Part shown: positions 59,201-64,000 of the stretch, piece after piece
Position numbering within the stretch: the first letter of the stretch is position 1
Layout of the letters: every line of letters begins with the position of its first letter
Program-made: the position numbers and the translations under genes
Virus record (IMG/VR): IMGVR_UViG_3300044634_002252
Location: 26,140 to 90,139 of that record
Reading direction: 5' to 3' (one strand)
DNA length: 64,000 nucleotides
Source: a virus
Notes under the pieces: generated by a model
Database searches by the model: none
Told to the model about the DNA's origin: nothing
What the model saw: the letters and a program-made list of their open reading frames with translations, nothing else

Positions 59201-62200
59201 TTATACCGCTTGGTACACTTGTGAACGCCAAGCAATATCTTCAGCGACCGTGTATGAGTAATCTCCGAACCGAATCTCGATTTCATCATCAATAATTATC
59301 TTATTTGTGCCAGTATATATCTTATAAATGTCTGATGGATCAACCCCATAATAGCTAGTTGTTGCAATTACTAGAACATTTTCCCATAAAAATGGGAATT
59401 TCCAATAATCCCACTCTAATTCTGTGGTTTCTGCTATCTTTACCTTAAACCAAGGTCTTTCGATAACTGTCTGAACCTCTTGCAGGTTTGTAGACTTGTA
59501 GTAAGATATGTTGTTATATGTTAATGGTGCTGTCAGTCTTAAAGCTCCCGCATAGTTCCCAAATTCTTGGGTATTTGCAAACCTAATCCCTAGCATAGCC
59601 CATTCTTTTACAGTAAGAATAGGATTTTTTACGAGCTTTCCATTCAGGAAAAATGACAGCCCATTCTCCAGCTTACCCTCGTCATTAATAGCATAAATCT
59701 TAGCTCTTTTACCCTGAGGATCAACGGCAGACATGTAAAACTTTATGTAAGAGTTCTTGCTCTGTATCTCAAATACCTTGGTTGGTGCATAAGGGAAAAA
59801 GTCTTGATCAAATCTCATGGCCATTTGCATAGCAATTACCTTATAGTTTTCAGATTTTGCCTCATTAATAGGCACAGAAATCCCTCTATTCACAAGAGGG
59901 TCAAAGTCTCCACGAACAGTAATTCCACTATTCCTAGTCAAATAAAGATATGGCGTGCTGCCCTTATAAATCGAAAATGGGTTTCTTTCTTTATAAGTAA
60001 AGTAAAAGCCATCTTTTCTATATGGATAAATGTCATTGCCAAACCTTGTGCCTACTGGAGTAGGAGATGTTTCTGATAAAGACATTGATGCATACTCTAG
60101 AGATTTTATGGATATCGGAGTGTCCTTAATGCTATTGGATATCATCTCTATGTGCGTAACTATAGCAATATCTCCAAATGATACTGATTGTGGAGGATAG
60201 ATAATCATATTGTCGACAACTTCATATTTTGTATTTATCCAATTGTCTCCTGGAGATATTATTCCATTTTTAGGTGCAAGCTCTGTATTTACAAAAAGCT
60301 CAGCTGGTTTGTTTGCTCCTGTTTCTAAAAGCTGGAAGGTTATGTAGCTTTTTACTACTGAGCCAGATGTGTCATATTTGTAAGATACACTAGACCTATT
60401 TTTTAAGTCTTCATAATTTTCATATCCAGTAAATAGCTGATTATCTAAAGAGTCATAGTTTCTTTGGACTGGGCTAGAATACTCTTCCTGAAGCTCTTCG
60501 TAAGTCCAGCTACCCTGTTCTGCATCTTGTACAAATATTGATGGAGAAGGATAATTAATATTAAATTGTATAAAATCTAGATCAAGCTTTTCGTCACCTC
60601 TTGAATCTAAAGCATTTTTAGCAAAAAATGAAAGAGGGATGTAGTCTTGCCAAGAAGAGTCTGCAGATACCAAAAGACCAAAGCCAGAAAGACTGTCGCC
60701 AACTTGGATTCCGTAGCTTGGGGTATGTCCACTTATAACAGATTCTGAATATTCTTTAAGCGTTCCTCCATCATATAAAAATTCAAAAATTGAGTTATTG
60801 TACAGCCCAGCATCTGCCACGTTTAAGTGTGGCAAAGAGCCATCGACAAAATCATCGGATATTGGCAATCCGTCTGGACCAAATGCAGACGATATCTTGC
60901 TTAGATTTTTAGCTGAGCAAAAACCAATAGTATAGACTTTTCCACCAAAAACCTGTGAAAAGTCTTTCCTGCTTCCAACGTATACTGATGGAGATGACAA
61001 TCTTCCAAAAAACTGAGCAGCCTTTCCTCCGTAATAATCAGAGAATTTTCTTATGTCTAGGGCTATGGCATTCTTTTCTCCAACACCAGCTAAGTATTCC
61101 CTTTCCTTAGAAGCTATAAGATAAGACTGCCCCCTTTCGTTAATAAAATATTTTATGCCCTCGGAGTCGAGCTTAATTTCAAAGGTTGTTTCGGAAGACC
61201 TATCTTCAATAACTATAAGGGTTTGCTCCGATGATGGCAAAGATCCTTCTTTACAGACTACATACAGTCCTCTAACTTCTTCGTTTATAAGGTTTGCATT
61301 TTCAAAAAATAGATGGCCGCTTGAAGAGTTCCAGGAAGAATCAGGCCTTATTTTAATAAATAAGTCAGATTCATTTTGAGCTTCTTCTAAGTCTAGCAGC
61401 CACTCGCTTTCTGTTTTATTATTAAACTTAGCAACTGGGGCGGTATACGAAGGGAAAGAAATAGAGTTTCCATTAATCAAAAGGTTATCGTAGGCACCCT
61501 GTTTCCATTTCCCGAGGCTTGGATAGTTATAGTTTTTAGAATATTTTGAAAAAGGATAGTCGATAAATATAGAACTTCCACTATAGGCATTATTTATGTT
61601 TTCTGGAAACTCTACGCCTTGACCGTAAACGAACCTTCTCTTTGCCATTTGATCTGGCACTCTATAGCCATAAATTGCAATACCATCTAGGTCTATTGGA
61701 GAAACGTCTCCATATGACCAAAACCCTAGCCAATCATTATCTAAAGTTAGTGTGCTTGACGCTACAGTTCTAGGCTCTGGAAATTCTAAGGATTCTGCTG
61801 CTATAGATAGCTCTCCAACCTGCTCACCATTTATTACCAATCCTATAGAAGATGCCGAGTATCTTATTTGAATTAGTAGTGGCCTATACCATTGACCAAC
61901 ATAGTGTCTGATTACATTGCTACCAACCTTTAAAGATATTGAAGATCCGTTAACATATAGCCCATCTGAGCCACGAATATTTCCAAAAATTCTTTTTTCT
62001 TCTGTTGTATCAGAGTTTATCCTAGCCCAAAACTCAAAAGTGTAGTCTTTGTATTGTCCAGCTTTATTTAAAAATCCTAGCCCTGGAACAATTAGTGATG
62101 GAACAATCCCACCACTTTGCTGGACTATTGTACTATTCGTTGCCCCATAAACTAACGGAATTCCAGAGTTTTTTGCAGCTAAAGAATTATTCCTAACTAG

Positions 62201-62899
62201 ATAATATCCAGTTAAGTCCTCTAGTCCATAGGCTTTAGCTGGAATAGCATCTATGTTCGTAGCACCAAAGATACCTACAGGAACTTCTACTGGAGTAACC
62301 CCAAGGGAACTGGCATTAAACTCTTCAGACCATTGACCTAAGGAGACTCCATTTACTAAAAATGAGAAATCCTCCAGGGTTCCCCCATCAAAAAAATTAG
62401 CTTTTATTACTAATCTTATATAGGAGTTGTCCGAGGGCAATGGAAACGTTTCTGAAACAAATATCCAGTTTTCTGTAACTTGAGATGGAAAAGACTTTAA
62501 CCTTTGTACTAGGCTACCGCTTGTGGCATCAAAGTACTCATAGCCAATTTCAAATCCAGAGATATACGGGGTCTTACTATAAAGCATGGCAGAAATAGAA
62601 AAATTTGATAAATCTTGATTTAGATCTGAAGCTGCAATTATGTTAGGGCTAACAGCTGTAACGCTAGATGAGGCTTCTAGACCTATCGGTTGAATTTCTG
62701 TAGTATGGCTTTCAGGGAACGGCTCATCTAAAATAAAAGGAACTGCCTCAGCTGTTCCATTTTCTATATCCCAAAGTGTTAGGTCTCTATTTGTCTCAGA
62801 AATAAGAGAGACGTAGTCAGCCTTATCGTCAAGGGGCCAAAAGGCTATTGGATGCTCTGCAAAGATTTTCTCAGCATATAAACTAGAAGGAGTAGACAT
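59201..62899 (-). CDS. Large virion structural protein with LamG/ConA-like domains
   Basis: HPIAFWPLDD, YTFEFW, LVINGEQV, DGIAIY; TGgTAAACT promoter at 62914-62922 and AAGGTG SD. Confidence 0.65.
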   Translation of the reverse strand: MSTPSSLYAEKIFAEHPIAFWPLDDKADYVSLISETNRDLTLWDIENGTAEAVPFILDEPFPESHTTEIQPIGLEASSSVTAVSPNIIAASDLNQDLSNFSISAMLYSKTPYISGFEIGYEYFDATSGSLVQRLKSFPSQVTENWIFVSETFPLPSDNSYIRLVIKANFFDGGTLEDFSFLVNGVSLGQWSEEFNASSLGVTPVEVPVGIFGATNIDAIPAKAYGLEDLTGYYLVRNNSLAAKNSGIPLVYGATNSTIVQQSGGIVPSLIVPGLGFLNKAGQYKDYTFEFWARINSDTTEEKRIFGNIRGSDGLYVNGSSISLKVGSNVIRHYVGQWYRPLLIQIRYSASSIGLVINGEQVGELSIAAESLEFPEPRTVASSTLTLDNDWLGFWSYGDVSPIDLDGIAIYGYRVPDQMAKRRFVYGQGVEFPENINNAYSGSSIFIDYPFSKYSKNYNYPSLGKWKQGAYDNLLINGNSISFPSYTAPVAKFNNKTESEWLLDLEEAQNESDLFIKIRPDSSWNSSSGHLFFENANLINEEVRGLYVVCKEGSLPSSEQTLIVIEDRSSETTFEIKLDSEGIKYFINERGQSYLIASKEREYLAGVGEKNAIALDIRKFSDYYGGKAAQFFGRLSSPSVYVGSRKDFSQVFGGKVYTIGFCSAKNLSKISSAFGPDGLPISDDFVDGSLPHLNVADAGLYNNSIFEFLYDGGTLKEYSESVISGHTPSYGIQVGDSLSGFGLLVSADSSWQDYIPLSFFAKNALDSRGDEKLDLDFIQFNINYPSPSIFVQDAEQGSWTYEELQEEYSSPVQRNYDSLDNQLFTGYENYEDLKNRSSVSYKYDTSGSVVKSYITFQLLETGANKPAELFVNTELAPKNGIISPGDNWINTKYEVVDNMIIYPPQSVSFGDIAIVTHIEMISNSIKDTPISIKSLEYASMSLSETSPTPVGTRFGNDIYPYRKDGFYFTYKERNPFSIYKGSTPYLYLTRNSGITVRGDFDPLVNRGISVPINEAKSENYKVIAMQMAMRFDQDFFPYAPTKVFEIQSKNSYIKFYMSAVDPQGKRAKIYAINDEGKLENGLSFFLNGKLVKNPILTVKEWAMLGIRFANTQEFGNYAGALRLTAPLTYNNISYYKSTNLQEVQTVIERPWFKVKIAETTELEWDYWKFPFLWENVLVIATTSYYGVDPSDIYKIYTGTNKIIIDDEIEIRFGDYSYTVAEDIAWRSQVYQAV

Positions 62900-62930
62900 A
62901 AATCACCTTGTCTAGTTTACCACATAAAAC

Positions 62931-63545
62931 CTAGAATCCTCGGATCTCCCAATTGTCCCACTCAACTTTATCATAATCTACGTTTGGGAACCAGGACTGA
63001 CCCTTAAGGCCCATCCATGCTTGAGAAAGATACATCCTACCATCTAGAACTGGAGTTATTTTTCTCATGTCTTCGGCATTACCCTCTTCAAAAATAATGA
63101 GATCTCCAGGCGAGTAGTCAACCTCTGACTCTTGCTGCGTTTTGTTATTTATAGAAGTAATATTTCCACCAGAATAATTATTATTCCAAAAAATATAAGA
63201 CACAAGCGTATGTTCTGGCCTGTTTGTATCTGTATGTGGAAGTTCTCCAGAGCCAGTGAGATATCTAGCAATATAGTGTTTTGAGAACATCGGTGGTAAA
63301 TACTCTAAGTCTTTATTCATTTCAGTAACGATGTCGTAAAAACCTTTAGAATACTTAGAAAAAATTTGCAATATTTCATCCGAGAATTCTCCACGTGTCC
63401 TAATATCAAAGGTTATTGCGTCCTGACTATATAGATTATCGTGAAGTGGTGTGTGATTATCTTTTGTATGAAAGGTAGATAATTCCGCATATTCATATAC
63501 GGTTTTAACGTCTTCTGGAGACAAAAAATTCTTTATTACTATCAT
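62931..63545 (-). CDS. 2OG-Fe(II) oxygenase-like protein, distal His apparently lost
   Basis: PHTD...FWNNNYSGG...PGDLIIF...MRKITPVLDGR. Confidence 0.7.
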   Translation of the reverse strand: MIVIKNFLSPEDVKTVYEYAELSTFHTKDNHTPLHDNLYSQDAITFDIRTRGEFSDEILQIFSKYSKGFYDIVTEMNKDLEYLPPMFSKHYIARYLTGSGELPHTDTNRPEHTLVSYIFWNNNYSGGNITSINNKTQQESEVDYSPGDLIIFEEGNAEDMRKITPVLDGRMYLSQAWMGLKGQSWFPNVDYDKVEWDNWEIRGF

Positions 63546-63679
63546 TTAAAAGACATCCTTATGTGAGAGTTGTTACTTGAGCATCTAGAGCAAATTTCCT
63601 GCCTAGCTTTTGTTACTGGACATTCCTGTATTTTTAAGTCGTGTCCAAATATAAAACACTTTAATTTATTAAAGTTCAA
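63542..63679 (-). CDS. 45-aa zinc-binding protein (DUF1660-like; missing from the ORF track)
   Basis: MNFNKLKCFIFGHDLKIQECPVTKARQEICSRCSSNNSHIRMSFK; ATGA overlap with the next gene. Confidence 0.65.
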   Translation of the reverse strand: MNFNKLKCFIFGHDLKIQECPVTKARQEICSRCSSNNSHIRMSFK

Positions 63680-64000
63680 TCCAGTTACCACCAAAAAAAT
63701 TAGGGGTTACGTCATATGCAATTGTAATCCTTGGCTTTTCTTCAAACCAGTCGTCTCTTCCATGAGGGTGTCCAGTTTCAGATAATATTGCACGGTTATT
63801 CTTGTTAATATTTTCAAATATTTGACCAGACCTGTCTATATCATAGAATGTTTTTGATGGCTCTGCATTTATACAATAATAGCCATGAAAAACTGGTGAC
63901 CCAGTGCCCCCAGCATGATCATGGAAAAACATTTTATTTTTTAATGGATTAACCCCAAAATCAGCATTTTGAGTTTTAGGGTCTAGATTAAACCATCCAT
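63669..64000 (-). CDS. Partial 2OG-Fe(II) oxygenase/cupin-like protein (5' end outside window)
   Basis: Frame open to the window edge: GWFN...HDH...FHGYY...HPH...RITIAYDV. Confidence 0.65.
   Translation of the reverse strand, partial: GWFNLDPKTQNADFGVNPLKNKMFFHDHAGGTGSPVFHGYYCINAEPSKTFYDIDRSGQIFENINKNNRAILSETGHPHGRDDWFEEKPRITIAYDVTPNFFGGNWIEL

Overview
64 kb from the middle of a large, low-GC (roughly 37-40%, estimated by eye) long-tailed dsDNA phage. The host is probably a freshwater actinobacterium, inferred from class Ib nrdHIEF, DnaE, DUF7455/FmdB-like zinc fingers, tRNAs lacking CCA and many leaderless TGn-TAnnnT promoters. All genes but one are on the minus strand. In transcription order (right to left): accessory 2OG oxygenases; a large LamG-like virion protein; portal; prohead protease/scaffold; major capsid; neck; major tail; two paralogous tail chaperones; a 2787-aa tape measure; minor tail proteins; DnaB, primase, SSB, DnaE, NrdH, RecA and nucleases; three tandem 2OG oxygenases; Cas4-like and RuvC-like genes; terminase; secreted surface proteins around nrdIEF; an S8 protease; five tRNAs; then a modification cluster (RsmI-like, three dUTPase-fold-like paralogues, glycosyltransferase, P4H-like oxygenases, carbamoyltransferase, sulfotransferase). 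Best leads: (1) a covarying pseudoknot RNA repeated in the spacers between tRNAs; (2) cargo domains bracketed by repeated motifs inside the tape measure; (3) a hydroxylate/glycosylate/carbamoylate cluster; (4) tail chaperones G and G-T made by gene duplication rather than frameshift; (5) a probable AUA start codon. All family assignments come from motif recognition by eye, not database searches.
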